Assembly (NCBI GenBank): GCA_008632985.1 | Contig: QPGO01000120.1 | Location: forward strand, 186,001 to 249,059 | Direction of reading: 5' to 3' | From: Psammoneis japonica | Taxonomy: Eukaryota | Length of the DNA: 63,059 nucleotides | In this document: one piece after another, positions 34,908-47,432 of the stretch | Position numbering within the stretch: position 1 is the stretch's first letter | Layout: every line of letters begins with the position of its first letter | The notes under the pieces: model-generated | Databases searched by the model: none | Seen by the model: only the letters and a program-made list of their open reading frames with translations | Told to the model about the DNA's origin: nothing | Program-made: the position numbers and the translations under genes

Positions 34908-35307
34908 GACGCGTTCCAGCTCTAGCAGGTGGGACCTCGCACTGCTGAACTGTGACATCAACAGTTTTTTGGATCGCGTCGCATGTCGCGCACGCACATT
35001 TCTGCGTGTGACATTCTACGAAATTGTTTCATGCTCCCTGTTTTGCGAAGCCAAAGGCTTTCTATTTTCAACATTTGTGAGAATGAAAATGCGCTGGGTG
35101 TGTTGTTTAATGTCCACAGAATGTGCCCGGGCAAACTGTCAATGATGCACTGCAAGCATGAAGGAGGAGATGCGTTCGTAAAACAGCCTCTTTTTCTGTT
35201 GGCAATCATTTGTGTTTTCATTGCAGTGTAAATTTACTGCGGAGCTCGCACGTAGAATTCCATGGGCCCAATGTCACACGGAGTCCCACCCAGGACTGGA
35301 ACCCGTC
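34908..35307 (+). mobile_element. MITE (400 bp), GAC...GTC family
   Basis: TIRs GACGCGTTCCAG..GGTGGGAC / GTCCCACC..CTGGAACCCGTC. TTAA TSD shared with the Kolobok right end. Confidence 0.92.
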
Positions 35308-35310
35308 TTA

Positions 35311-36300
35311 AAATGCAAATTTTCACAGTCTTGCTGTGCAGGTGGAGCTGGCAAATCTCAAGCTCAATCTCAGCCACAAGAGCCTGGCAGCAGGAGCCCT
35401 CTCATTTTTCATCATGTTGATGTGTTCTTGTTAAGATGCAAATTTGCACAGTCCTGCTGTGCAGGTGGAGCTGACAAATCTCAAGCTCAATCTCAGCCAC
35501 AAGAGTGCAGCAGCAGGAGCCCTCAGAGAAACCAAGGCTGTGCTGCCGCAGCTGCTGCAGCGCCAGCTGATGGTCCCAACCCAGCAACTGCTGCCACTGC
35601 TGATGCCTCCACAATGACAAAGCCGCTGCCCACCATGCCAATGCGGGCCCGCACCACTCTCCAGCCATTGCAACCAAAAATCTTGAATTTCTCATGTGTT
35701 GGCACAAAATTCCTGCGACTCTTGTTGTTGCATGCCCTGGCACCCAATGGAGTCTCCCACAGCCATCCCAAGACAACTGGTCACTTGCACTGTCACACAG
35801 ATGGCTCCATGGTCTCTGCAGCACAGGTGTGTTGGCTGGGCCAAAGAAGCCCCCAGTCATGTCAGAAAGAAAAGGTGCCACACAATTGACACAAGACAAG
35901 GCCTTCTTTGCTCCCCAACCAAGGTTGTTGTTGGCTCTCCTGGGACACAATGGAATCACCCAAGGCCAGCAAAAGATGTCTGGGCACTTGTGCTGTCACA
36001 CAGAAAGCTCCCTTGCCTCTGCAGGTCAGGGGTGGCTGGGGGGCACCACAGCAAGCCGATCACATCAGAAAGAAAAGGGGATGCATCAGCTCAAGACAAG
36101 GCTTTTCCTTTCCAACCATCATTGTTGTTGCCTCCTCCCAGACCCAACAGAGTCTCTTGTGCCCACCTCCAGACAACTGAGTGCTTGCACCATCACACAG
36201 ATGGCTCCCTTGTCTTTCTTGCAGGTTGAGCCACCAAAAGCCATCCCAAGACAATGGAGTGCTTGCACTGTCACACAGATGGTTCACTTGTCTTTGCAGG
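35311..36300 (+). repeat. Degenerate local direct repeats
   Basis: A ~90-bp unit ATGCAAATTT..GGTGGAGCTG..CAGGAGCCCT at ~35312 and ~35436. A CCCAAGACAA..CTTGCACTGTCACACAGATGG-like unit near 35766, 35980, 36168 and 36245. Confidence 0.75.
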
Positions 36301-38149
36301 TTGGCTGGTGCCTCCACACCTTGTGCAGCTGGGCATCTTCTTGTGTGGAGGATTCATGCAAGGGGCTGCTGCTGCTGCTGCCCAAGACAAGGCTTGCAGC
36401 TTTCAAAATCAAGAGTGCAAAGACACCACAGTTGGGCCAAGAACCCACTCAACAAATGCAGGTGGAGTGCATTCTTTGGGGTCCATGTCATGATGCAGGT
36501 GGCAGCAACTCAAGACAATGTGCATTGGTGGTGATGATGATGATCTGGGCCACCACCACATGCTCCATTTTAGTTTCTCAAGTGGCGCTGGCCTGTGCAT
36601 CATGCACCATCTACCCGGCAAGCTTGTTGCTCCAACTGGAGACACCAGCAAGACATGTCATCAAACTCACCACCAGAGTGAACCCCTTGGAACTGAGGAT
36701 GTGTGGCTGATGAACTCTGGCCATTGTTTTCATTTGTGGCAATGGCAAGAGGGAAGAAGATGAGACATTCTTCCCAGTCTCTGTCGCATGGCAATGGCTT
36801 TCCAAGCAGTGGCGCCATTGCTTGCTTTGTGAGATGCAAAGACCATGCCTTGGCAAGTTTAAATTGGCTGGCTTTGGCAGAGAGCAGCAAGCTGACAGAG
36901 GCGGCATGACACCCAACTGCAGTGCTCAGCAGAAATCCAACAGCAAATGGACAAAAATGATGGACGGCAATTGCAAACCAGGTCCAGCACAGGACAGTTG
37001 AGCATGAAAAAGTGAGAAGATGTGGCATCACACTTCATCACATGGAAGTTGCACAAGTGCTTTTTTCACCATGGTCTTTTCCAAGATGGATCTCAGTCTC
37101 TAAATGCATGCTCTGCTCTTCCTCGTCTTTGTCACCAACAGCTCCATGTCACCACATTCCAGAACAAGATTTGCAAGCCATTTCCTGGGCAACCCTCAAT
37201 TCTGCAGACAAGCTTGCCAGGCCATGGTCTTCCAAAATTTTTGTGCCAGACAGTCTGCATTGGTTTGCTTGACTGTGCAAGCAAGTCCAAAACAGCCACA
37301 AGTTGTTCATCAATGGCCCGACACACAGCTGAGCAATCATTGAGCAACAAACAACAAAGAAAGAGACGGCCACACAAACTTGCTTTGAAAAACAAACAAA
37401 CAAAAGCTTGCCTGCATCCATCACTTTTGCCCCCCCCCCCCATCCACATTTCAAATCCAACAGCATCAAACATGACAACCGTTTCCAAAAATGTTCTTTC
37501 CAAAGGAAGAGCAACTTCTTAAAAAGTGGCCCCTGAATCCAAGCAACAGGCATTGCTGCAACAATGTGCTGCCACACCATCAATGGTGCTGCACTCTCTG
37601 TTGATTCTGATGCAACAAATGAGCACAGCCAGTGACATGAGTTGGTGTGCAACAATGCCAATGCATTGCATGAAATGTGTTGAGCCACAAATGACAAATG
37701 CAACTTGCTTTGGCCCTGAAACAAAAGCTCGCCTGCATCTCTTTTGCCCCCCTCCCACAATTCAAAGCATGGTTCACAGCTGCAATGTCTTGAGCAGTGG
37801 AACAACAGAGCAACACTTTGAATGCAGCCAAGTTGCTGCAGCAGAAGAAGCAGCAACAACAGGAAGCACATCATTGAAATCAAAAATGCAGTTGGACAAG
37901 AACGGAAGACATCACCTGCCACGGCGATTCTGTCACAATGGCAAAGACAATCACCACATCATTGCAGCTGTTGGCATCAATGTGGTGTGTGGTGTGGTGT
38001 GAAAAAATGTGCATCTGCTGACCGCGAGTTGAGCCACGCAGGTGTCAACAACTTGAAAAGGGAAAAAATGATCAAATTGTTTGACTCAATGTTTGCAAAA
38101 ATGATGCACAATTGACAACTGCGCAAATTGAAGATCGGTGAACAGAGTT

Positions 38150-39150
38150 AGTGCGTGTGCAACAATTTTGTTTGTCAACAAGTTTCATTCTTGACAAGCA
38201 CTGAAACATGTTGCAGACAAAAGTTGTGGCATGCAAGCAAATTTCTGAGGTGCCATCTCATGTGCAAGCAACTGCAGCAGACAATCATGCAATTGAGTCC
38301 AACACATTGTTGTGCATGGTTGCTGAGGTTTGAGAGGGGTTTGTGAGGGGGGGTCAGCCATTGTTTGACAAGAGTGTGCAAAACCGCACCTTGTTCTCCA
38401 GAAGATGACCCATGTGTGCACTGCAAGTGAGAACTTGACAAGCTCAGCTGGGCCACTGTGTGTGTCAACCCACCGTCAGGGGGTGTTTCAAAGTCACTGC
38501 TTTGCACCGTGAGGTCAAAACATTGAGGAACACACAAAACACTTTCTTGTCCTCCAGAAGATGAGCCATGAGTTGCCCACAATAAAGTGGTTTTGTTGTC
38601 CATTGAAAGCAAGAATTTGACAAGCTCAGCTGAGCCACCACACCTCAAAAACAGGCCGTTGTGCTCTGGATGATTGTGTTGAGAAACATGTTGAGGCACA
38701 TCTTGTTGCTTGTCCTGCTGGAGTGGCAAGTTTTGATGACATTGACAAGAGGATGAAGCTTGCAAAATGCACGGTTCATGAGTGCAAGTCAAGATCCACC
38801 ATCCCACTCCAGAGTCAAGTGCAAAGTTTTGGAGCACACAAAGCTTTTTGTGGAAGGGGCTCTCCCCAAAACATGGGCTTTGACCAAGTGCTGTGTGGAT
38901 GTCCACCAATCACAAAAAGTGATTGTCCCATGTTTGAGCCAGTTTGTTTCATGTGCAGGTTTTTGCTCTACAATGTGGGAAGTGATGGACCCCCATTGCC
39001 ATTGTCGCTCGTTTTGGGCTGCTGGCAAATTCAATGTCATCATCTCCTGCAGCTCTGTCTTTGCACACACATCTCTTGGAGAGCACAAGAACTGCAAATG
39101 CCAAGTCTTCAGATTTCTTTGGTTTCTCTCATGTCTGGACCAATGGTGGT
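38150..39150 (-). mobile_element. Older Penelope-like RT remnant interrupted by another repeat (38380-38650, similar to 17560-17720)
   Basis: PPHKPLSNLSNHAQQCVGLNCMIVCCS..LRNLLA matches the C-terminus of the element at 23480-23650. Confidence 0.6.
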
Positions 39151-39649
39151 GCAATTGAGATTGGAGGAGTGATGAAGTGATGGTGAGCATGTGGTTGGCA
39201 CCGGCGCCATTTTGCCCTCTTCCTTTGGTGCTGCTGGTGGCTGGCTGCGATGATGTGACAACAATGGAGCACTTGACATGAATGGTTGCCATTGTCTTTA
39301 CATTGCGCTTTTGTCTTTGAAATAGATTGCTTCAGAGACCAGAAGAAGCAGATGATGTGTTGTTTGCGCTTCCTCTTCCTGCAACACCCACACGAACTCA
39401 CTCGAGAGTAGAGAGCAAACACACAGACGTTCGTCGCGCAACTCGCGCGATGCCACGTCACGACTGCTCGTGCAACATAACCCGTTAGAAGAGTTCGGAG
39501 GTTCGAGTTCGAGCCGACGAGCAACGGTGGAGATCGATTGGAAATGAGGAGATGAGTGAGGATCGCGACGGCATATTTTCCATTGACTCTATCCAGTATA
39601 CTCATCTCTTGTCGATACTAAAGCCATAAGTTACACTGGTTATACAAAA

Positions 39650-40774
39650 ATGGGAACGTCAACTTCCAAAGAAGCTTCTTTTTCGTCGGTGAAAAGTTGG
39701 AAGCAATTTTCTGGACTCTCGAAAACAAGCTGCGATGCTCCTGCTGCTCCACCGCCACCACTCCCGCCACCGGGTACTACTACAAGTTCTCCACCACCTC
39801 CTCCTCCCGCTGAAACTAGTAATACAGAACAACAACAACCCAAAGATGCCATTGCGCTTGCGGCCGAGTCTGTCTCTGCTACAATTCCAAATCCTGGCAA
39901 TTACGAAGAAGCCGCGTTGGATTGCAAGCGTCTCGTGCAACTCGACACCCACGATGGCTTTCGCGTGGACATCAACAAGCAGCTCAGTCCCTTCATGGCG
40001 GTCGTTCATTCCTTTTGGCTCGGTACGTCCATGCTTCCCGACGGACGCAACCGGACCTATACCTTTGTCACGCAAGTGGCCGATGAGCAGGGACTTCTCA
40101 TGGCTCGGGTTGATCCCGAACGCGGCTCGGTCGATGGACGGATGCATCGTGCGCTCTTGGGCGGGTTGGCCATGGTCAAGGTACAAGCCGGTCTAAGTGC
40201 GAGTGGTGAACACGATCAACTCTTGGCCGAACTGGACTTTGGTGGAGAAACGTGGAGGGGTAACCTCAAGTACGGCTCCATGGGTGGGGGGCAAGTGTTT
40301 GGATGCAATTACTTTCAGAGTATAACAGAACGGCTCGCCATGGGAGGAGAAGGCATGTACCTTGCTGCCAATCAAAACATTCTTTCCAATTATACCGCCA
40401 AATACACTGCGCCAGTAGTCAGAACGGAGGACGGTGACGGCGGCGGATCTAGTACGATTTGTGCCAACTTCAACACGTCCCAGGGACTCTTGTTGCTCAA
40501 TTACAAACGAGTCGTGACACCCAACCGTGTCACGCTTGGAGCAGAGCTCGAGTGCTCGCCGTTAAGTCTCGAGTCACGGGTGGCGGTTGGAGCCGAATTC
40601 AAGCTGTCACGGTCCAAAATGGCTCTTTGTGTAGACGGAACGGGCAAGGTTCAAAGCACGTTGGAGGCAAAGCTTGGCATGGCACCGGGTTCGCCGTCTT
40701 TGAACTTTTCGGCAGAACTGGATCATGCCAAGGATCAAATGAGGTTTGGATATGGTATTACGATTGATGGATAA
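39650..40774 (+). CDS. TOM40: Mitochondrial outer membrane import channel Tom40
   Basis: PNPGNYEE, DGFRVDINKQLSP.MAVVHSFWLG and YFQSITERLAMGGEG, with a porin-like beta-strand pattern. Confidence 0.93.
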   Translation: MGTSTSKEASFSSVKSWKQFSGLSKTSCDAPAAPPPPLPPPGTTTSSPPPPPPAETSNTEQQQPKDAIALAAESVSATIPNPGNYEEAALDCKRLVQLDTHDGFRVDINKQLSPFMAVVHSFWLGTSMLPDGRNRTYTFVTQVADEQGLLMARVDPERGSVDGRMHRALLGGLAMVKVQAGLSASGEHDQLLAELDFGGETWRGNLKYGSMGGGQVFGCNYFQSITERLAMGGEGMYLAANQNILSNYTAKYTAPVVRTEDGDGGGSSTICANFNTSQGLLLLNYKRVVTPNRVTLGAELECSPLSLESRVAVGAEFKLSRSKMALCVDGTGKVQSTLEAKLGMAPGSPSLNFSAELDHAKDQMRFGYGITIDG

Positions 40775-41532
40775 TGTAAAGGACCGAAAACGATGTTTGT
40801 GTTTTGGTTAAAACACGCATTCATGATGCTGAATTACTAGATAATCATAGTTTTGTGAGGCTGCATCATGTCGATTGACACAAATTGTGTTGGGTAATGT
40901 ATCGCGTGTTTCAATAAACAAAATCAAAATTGTTGAATTTCCTTTTTTCCGTATGAGACTGTTGTTGCTACATCACATGGCAATAATACCTTTTGCTTGT
41001 TCGAAAATGGCTTAATCAATAAATAATTGAACAGCACACATGCTTGGCTGCGCGTTCTTTTCTCATGCGACAAGAACGGGCGTGATGCTGCTGCTATTTA
41101 TTACAGCGCAAGACTTCTTGTTGACTTGTTGGTCATCGTGCTCCTCATCCAGAGCTAAAGCCAATGAGGCCCGTCGTCTTCCGACTGAAGTAAACTAACT
41201 ACAAAAGGGCCCAAAATCCGGGTCTCTCTTTGGACATTTGTACGTAAATTTGTATTCAGTCGAAATAGATACTGTAGCAAAAATTTTTTAGAAAAAGGAA
41301 ATTTGCTTATTCGAAGCCATCTGTGAAATTGCTGAATCCTTCGGGGTTTGCCGGCGTGCATAGTGGCGGGCTTGCGCGCGTGTCACTTCAAAACTCGAAA
41401 GCATGTCGCTTTGACTCTTGCTTTGCGACGGCATGTTTTCTTTCTCCAGTGACGGCAACAACAGAAGCTTTTTCATTCTCTACCATACCATATAACCTCG
41501 TGTTTTGATTCTTTTCCTTGAAAAGCTGCACC

Positions 41533-43902
41533 ATGGGTCGTTATCATCATCCTCGTTACGATCGTCGTTCTTCCTCCAGTACAATTTCTTCTTCTTCTTC
41601 CAGCACATCTTCCTTGTGCCACCGTCTCGATCAAGCGCTCCATCCTCCACGATGGTCCAGCACGAGCAGCAACAGCATTAAAAGTACAAGCAAAATTTCG
41701 TTGCGTTCCTCTCATCATGGCCGCATGCGCCGTCAACAACGTGCGTTATCCAAATACGAGCTGAAACGAGCCATCAAGTACGGTAAGCGTCGAGAACTGC
41801 CGGGAAGAAGAAGGCTCGAATATCGATTCAATGGTTTAGTGGTTATTGTTGATGGATATACAAAAACGGAAATTACAAGTTACAAGGAAGTGATGGATGC
41901 TGATGTACCGTTTCAAACCATTTATCCAGAGCAACGGAAAGAACATGACGTTGCTCGCAAACTGAATCAACAAGAGGCATGTATGATGAATTGTACATAA
42001 TATGAATACATGTCGTAAGTTCACGAAACCGTCAGAAAAAGACAACTCATGTTTTCTTTTTATTTTCCATTCATACAGCCACGACAATGCAAGAGCCATT
42101 CCATTTTGCTCATTGACAAGAGCGGATCGATGCGTACGCCGGACGTGCAGGGCTGCAATTCTCGTCTTGCTTCGGTGTTTTTAGCCATTGCTCAAGACTT
42201 TATCCGTCCTCGCATTGACGCAGCCGGACGAGGCATGCAAGATGCTGTTTCGGTTATAATCATGGGCGAACGACCCTTTTTATGGATGAATGCGTGGCCC
42301 ACCGACTTTGTCACCTACAATGCCTTTGTTGCGGCATTCAAGCATGGTCATGTCCAAGCCGAGGGACATTGTTGTTACCGACCATCGATTGATATGGCTC
42401 AAACAATCTTTGATCGATACGACTCTGCCATGTGTCAATTGGTGTTGGGGATCTTTACCGATGGACGACCCAGTGACTCATCCGTGTTCAAAACCAATTG
42501 GGACCAATCGGTCCAATCCATTTCCACATCCGTTCAAACCATGGCGGCCAAGATTGGCAACCGATTGCAAATTCGAGCCATTGGCATGGGATCGGCCAAT
42601 CAATGGCAAACGTTGGAAACTATGTGCCAAGTGGCTCGCAATTATGGTTGTCAAGCGCAGGTGGAAACACCCAGCATGTCCTCGTCCAGTCTAGGTGCCG
42701 TGGTGAGCAGCATTGCAACGTCGCTTACCGCGTCACAAGTGGACAACCATGGTGCTTCTTCGAATGGCATCAATCGTGTCGTTCGACCGGTGCATCGTGA
42801 AGACCGATCTCGTGTACCGCTCTTGACGGAAGCGGTGGATGCTACGGATTTTGACATTTTCATGCAAGACAAGGTGGTTCGGGAAGAGCACATTGGAGGA
42901 GATGCCTTTGTGCAAGTTGAGTTACAACACCCGGAAGCCTGCGGCGTTGCAGTGCGCAAACAACCCTTTGATGAAGGCAGCGAACGGTTTGCCTATCAAT
43001 TCTTTGAAGTTGCACAAGACGGACGAACCGTCGTTGGAATGCCGCTGGTTGCCAAGGCATGCAAATTTGTTTTAAACAAGGACGACGAAGGCGGTGGTGT
43101 GTCGTTGGAAGAGTACACGCACAAATTTGTGACACGCTTTTGTCGTATTCATACCGTGGCAACCCAAATAGCAAACGTCTTTAATGAACGGTTGGACAAG
43201 ATTGCGCGTCTTGATTCGAGCGTGCCGCGTATCGAGTTTCTACCCTGTTCGGTCTATCGACTCGAGCACGACGACGGAACCACGTCTGCCTATGTGGTGG
43301 AGCCCCGTCTCTTTGGGAAATTTCAAAAGTGGAATAGCAACAATGGGTGGATTCGTGAACGCAGTACAAAGCCATCACCAGTAAAATCGATGGGTATCTC
43401 TGGTGGCGGTTTGGTCCCCATTAAGGAAGAAGTAGACGATGAAGTGTTGGACGAAGAACCCATGGATGAAGAGGAGGAAAAGAAGGAATCATCCAGTATG
43501 GATGTTGCGATGGATTCATCAAGTAATGCTGTGATTGATTTAACCACAAGTGACGACGATGACGACGAGGGCGAGTGCTTGTTTGTGCAGGGAGACGATG
43601 TTGCCCAGGCCTTTTCTCACTTTAGCTATTCGCTAGAGCGCCAGAAATTGCTCGTGTGTGACTTGCAAGGTGTCTATGATCGTCAGGAACGTTTGCTTCG
43701 TTTCACAGATCCCGTCATTCACTACGTTGTCTACAAGGAAACCGAGGGTGTAGCAAACAAGCGTGGCAGCAGCAAGTACGGACGAACCGACCGTGGTAAC
43801 AAGGGTATTGCTGACTTTTTCGATACGCATCCATGCAATTGCCTTTGCAATATAGTAACCAAGGGGTTTCTTCCAGTCAAGACTACGAATTTTGAAAAGT
43901 AA
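41533..43902 (+). CDS. vWA-domain alpha-kinase with N-terminal DUF4258-like domain; one intron at about 41977-42078 (donor uncertain, possibly GC-AG)
   Basis: SHHGRMRRQQR..ELKRAIKYG. vWA LIDKSGSM and FTDGRPSD. Alpha-kinase PFDEGSERFAY, KFQKWNSNNG, QAFSHFSY, LVCDLQG, FTDPVIH and FFDTHPCNCLC. Confidence 0.85.
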
Positions 43903-44247
43903 GTCAGATCAGAGTTGCTCGACAAACACAGCCAACTTACGAGATTGAAGGTTGTCCTGAGACATCAAACCGGAGATGGATAAGGTGCTTACTCTCTGGA
44001 AAGACAGTAGAAGAAAACAACTACGTGCGTAGCTTTCTACTCGCGACTGCAACTACCTAACGATTTGAGAGGCTCCGTAGCTACAAGTATCCGATAATAG
44101 CTCTACCTCTTGTCTACGCTGTAATCTTTGTCAGTTATTCAGATGACGAGACCCCGCCAAAAGAAAAGTGAGAGTAAAAAATCGACAAGGACCATTTTGG
44201 AAGAAACAAAGTAAAGTAACTCATTCGATTGTGAATGTAAAAATCGA

Positions 44248-46473
44248 TTAATTTATGGTAAATGCATATGCAGAACCTGATGAATCACCGTTGATGCCAC
44301 CGAATTGGGCCCCGACTCCAAGAACGGTTCCATTTGTGGACAAGGATATGGACCCTCCAAATTCATCATTTTCAGCCTCACCATTCAATGGATCGCCCAC
44401 TTGACTCCATTCTTGCTTGTCGGGATTGTATTGAAAGACTACAACTTGACCTGCGTCAACGAGTCCATTGGCATCATGCCAAACACTTCCAACAGCCAGC
44501 GCATTTGCGCTTCCACTCAACGACACGGACCAACCAAAGACATCACCCGATTGTTGCGTGCGAAGGATTTGACCACGTGTTGTCCACAACGATGTGGAAT
44601 TATCATACTGGTAAACCACGGCATAGCCATCATTTCTATTTGCACCTCCTGCCACAATATGACCCGTGTTGTCAAGAGAAACAGACCATCCAAACTTATC
44701 AAGAGCGCCAAGGCCATAGATTGGATCCCCCATTGATTCCCAAGAGGATAATGCGGCATTGAATTGGTAAACTTGAACCTGATTGGCGTTGTCTCCGCCC
44801 ATTGCAACAACGGTCCCCGAGCCACTAACGCTAACCGAAAAACCATACTGAGCATCCTCTTCTAGGCCAAGAATTGTTTCTCCAAGTTGGTTCCAGACAG
44901 ATGATCCGGCATTGTACTGAAACACTTGAACTGATCCCGATCCCCTTCCATTGATCGTGTCAGCCCATCTTACCCCAATCGCAACAACGTCACCTCCATT
45001 CGACAACGAGACGGAATAACCAAACAACTCACCCCCTGCTTGGCCGAGAAGGATATTACCGCGCTGGACCCAACGATCCGTGTTGGCATTGTACGCATAC
45101 AAAACAACATAACCAGCTCCATCGTCTACACTCATTTGATGTGCTCCGATTGCTACAACGGTGCCGTCGGCATTTAATGATACGGAGTCACCACCGTGTA
45201 CCGCCAAATCTTGACCCATGGGCGACAAGGAGTTTGTATCGGAGTCGATTCGAAAGACAGACACATAACCGGAATTGCCGTCATTATATGGTGCTCCTAC
45301 AGCCATGACTGTTCCGTCTCTGGAAACGGCAACGGATGTGCCAAAACCATCATTAGGAGCTTTGCCATGCAAGACTTGTGCCACAGGTTGCCATGGACCA
45401 TTCGGAAGCAAACCACTTTCTGTTGGAGACAGCGTCGGGGGTTCCGTTGTCGGGGGCTGCGTTGGGGATTTAGTCGTCGGGGATAGAGTTGGATTGAGAG
45501 TCATTGATGAAGGAGTCGGGCTGCCGGTTGTTGGAGGCAGCGTGGGCGACGAAACTGGAGTTTGTGTGGCGCCTCCAGACGAAGAAGAAGAAGAAGAAAC
45601 CGCAACAGCAATGGCCACAATCGCAGCCACGACCACAACACCTACTCCCCACATGATGTAGCAGTTGCGACGTTTCCTCTGTGCTTCCAGCTCGAGAGCA
45701 CTGGAGTTGTCTTGATTCTCTGGATGATTCGTGTCTTGGGGAGGTGCTGATGTTGTAGTAGTAACCACTTGAGCCACCTGAGCTCCCTCGACAGTTTGCC
45801 TGAGCCGAATGTTCTCTTGTTCAAGCCGATCCATTGAATCGGTGTCTGCCAAATGAGCAACTATGATTGGAATGCTGTCATCACGATGCGCTGGTGATGG
45901 CGGCGGAGGCACGGGATCACTTGTAGTTGGGTCTGACGAATGAATAGATTCGAGATCGAACGGGGCGGTGCTGATATTGTCTGTGTCATGTCTTGTTCGA
46001 GGAACCATCCCACCGCCTTGACCAACCGCGACTGCGCCCACCATTGAGGACATTGGTAGATCCTCTTGTACTCCTCCCCTTTGGGTAGGCCGTACGGGCA
46101 TGGAATCCGTAATATCTGCTGGTGGAGGAAGAATCGCCTGATGATTCTCATGGATCCTTTCCAATTCTGAAACATGATGCGCATCACGATGTCGACTCGC
46201 CATGGTTTTGTTCTCTTTCCATCCTGTCCTAGAGGTGGTCGCATAGTGATTATGAGCAAGGCGATTGCCTGAACTCAAAGCTTGCTCTTGGTGACGACGG
46301 TGAGCGCGTCGCTTCTCGTTTGGGCCTGCAACTGGTTGTGTCTGTTTTTCCATCGTTTCTTCCTTTACAATCACTTCATTGGTGTTGTTGTGGTTCCTTC
46401 TTCTATCACCACGCCTGTTGCACATGTCGTCATCACCCATCGTGGGCGGAGGCTTGTCGGGACGGCGGTTCAT
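44248..46473 (-). CDS. Membrane-anchored FG-GAP-like beta-propeller protein with Pro/Thr stalk
   Basis: TM WGVGVVVVAAIVAIAVAV, SPT repeats, and about seven FG.SVSLS..G..VA.G repeats. Likely ATG at 46473. Confidence 0.85.
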   Translation of the reverse strand: MNRRPDKPPPTMGDDDMCNRRGDRRRNHNNTNEVIVKEETMEKQTQPVAGPNEKRRAHRRHQEQALSSGNRLAHNHYATTSRTGWKENKTMASRHRDAHHVSELERIHENHQAILPPPADITDSMPVRPTQRGGVQEDLPMSSMVGAVAVGQGGGMVPRTRHDTDNISTAPFDLESIHSSDPTTSDPVPPPPSPAHRDDSIPIIVAHLADTDSMDRLEQENIRLRQTVEGAQVAQVVTTTTSAPPQDTNHPENQDNSSALELEAQRKRRNCYIMWGVGVVVVAAIVAIAVAVSSSSSSSGGATQTPVSSPTLPPTTGSPTPSSMTLNPTLSPTTKSPTQPPTTEPPTLSPTESGLLPNGPWQPVAQVLHGKAPNDGFGTSVAVSRDGTVMAVGAPYNDGNSGYVSVFRIDSDTNSLSPMGQDLAVHGGDSVSLNADGTVVAIGAHQMSVDDGAGYVVLYAYNANTDRWVQRGNILLGQAGGELFGYSVSLSNGGDVVAIGVRWADTINGRGSGSVQVFQYNAGSSVWNQLGETILGLEEDAQYGFSVSVSGSGTVVAMGGDNANQVQVYQFNAALSSWESMGDPIYGLGALDKFGWSVSLDNTGHIVAGGANRNDGYAVVYQYDNSTSLWTTRGQILRTQQSGDVFGWSVSLSGSANALAVGSVWHDANGLVDAGQVVVFQYNPDKQEWSQVGDPLNGEAENDEFGGSISLSTNGTVLGVGAQFGGINGDSSGSAYAFTIN

Positions 46474-47035
46474 TGTGATTCTAACGTTTACAGAAACTTG
46501 AAATGGAAAAAGATGATACCGTGTAGAATTGGAATTCAGAATGAGAAGACTCCAAGACAGATACAGTATGGTAGAGAAAGCGAACTCCGACCCTGATTGA
46601 AACCCGGAGACCGAGCGATCCACGATGCATGCATGACGTCAGCATTACCTCATCCTCATTCATTCGCAATGACTCAAACAACCCACCCCTTCGCAAATGG
46701 AGAATGTGGTTTTGATGTCATGGTGATGTGTTGTTCATGTCATGAATTCACAGCCATGCTGCACTTGGTTGTAAGTTGTCTTCCTTGGGGCCTGAAGCTT
46801 CATCGGCATTGCAGCACACTGAAAAATGTCGAGAAGATGATGACTGCATGCACAAAGAGCACTCGAAAGGAGTTGGATGAGGAAGTGAAGGAGCGCCTGA
46901 AGAAAGACTGAAAAAGAATCTGCTCCATTGCAAGAAACGTTGGCATGCTGGTTTGGCACACATGCATTCAGCCCAGAACTCCAAATGCTGCAGTTTGACG
47001 AGCTTTGAGTGTGAAGATAATTTGGGGACCTCGCT

Positions 47036-47432
47036 GATGCGCTCCAGCTCTGGGTGGGACCTCGCAGTGCTGCACTGTGATGTCAAGAGTTTTTTGGATC
47101 ACATCGCATGTTGCGCACATGGATTTCTGCATGTGATGTTCTACGAAATTGGCTCACACTCCCCATTTTGCGAAGCCAAAGGCTTTCCATTTTCAACATT
47201 TGTGAGGATGAAAATGCTCTGGGTGTGTTCTTTGATGTCTGCAGAATGTGCCTGGGCAAACTGTTGATGATGTGCCACAAGTGTGAAGGAGGAGACACGT
47301 TCGTAAAATTGCCTCTTTTTCTGTTGGCGATCATGCACATTTTCATTGCTCAACAAATTTGCTGCGGAGCTCGCACGTAGAATTCTGCAGGCCCAATGTC
47401 ACACGGAGTCCCACCTGGGTCTGGCACCCGTC
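47036..47432 (+). mobile_element. MITE (397 bp), GAC...GTC family, heavily mutated
   Basis: GATGCGCTCCAG..GGTGGGAC / GTCCCACCTGGGTCTGGCACCCGTC. CGCT TSD. Confidence 0.92.

Noticed and set aside
35311..36300. Spaced repeats as a CRISPR-like array
   Set aside because: Units are degenerate and irregularly spaced, the context is eukaryotic, and there are no cas genes.
14120..39300. The many 60-340 aa Cys/His-rich ORFs as novel metal-binding proteins
   Set aside because: They overlap in all frames, lack Tyr and are explained by loss of TA-containing stop and Tyr codons.
21800..39300. Classical RIP or CpG deamination as the sole cause of TG/CA excess
   Set aside because: C>T processes cannot remove TpA. 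TSDs, LTRs and Tyr codons show TA as ancestral, and many CpGs survive where TA is gone. CpG decay is present only as a second component.
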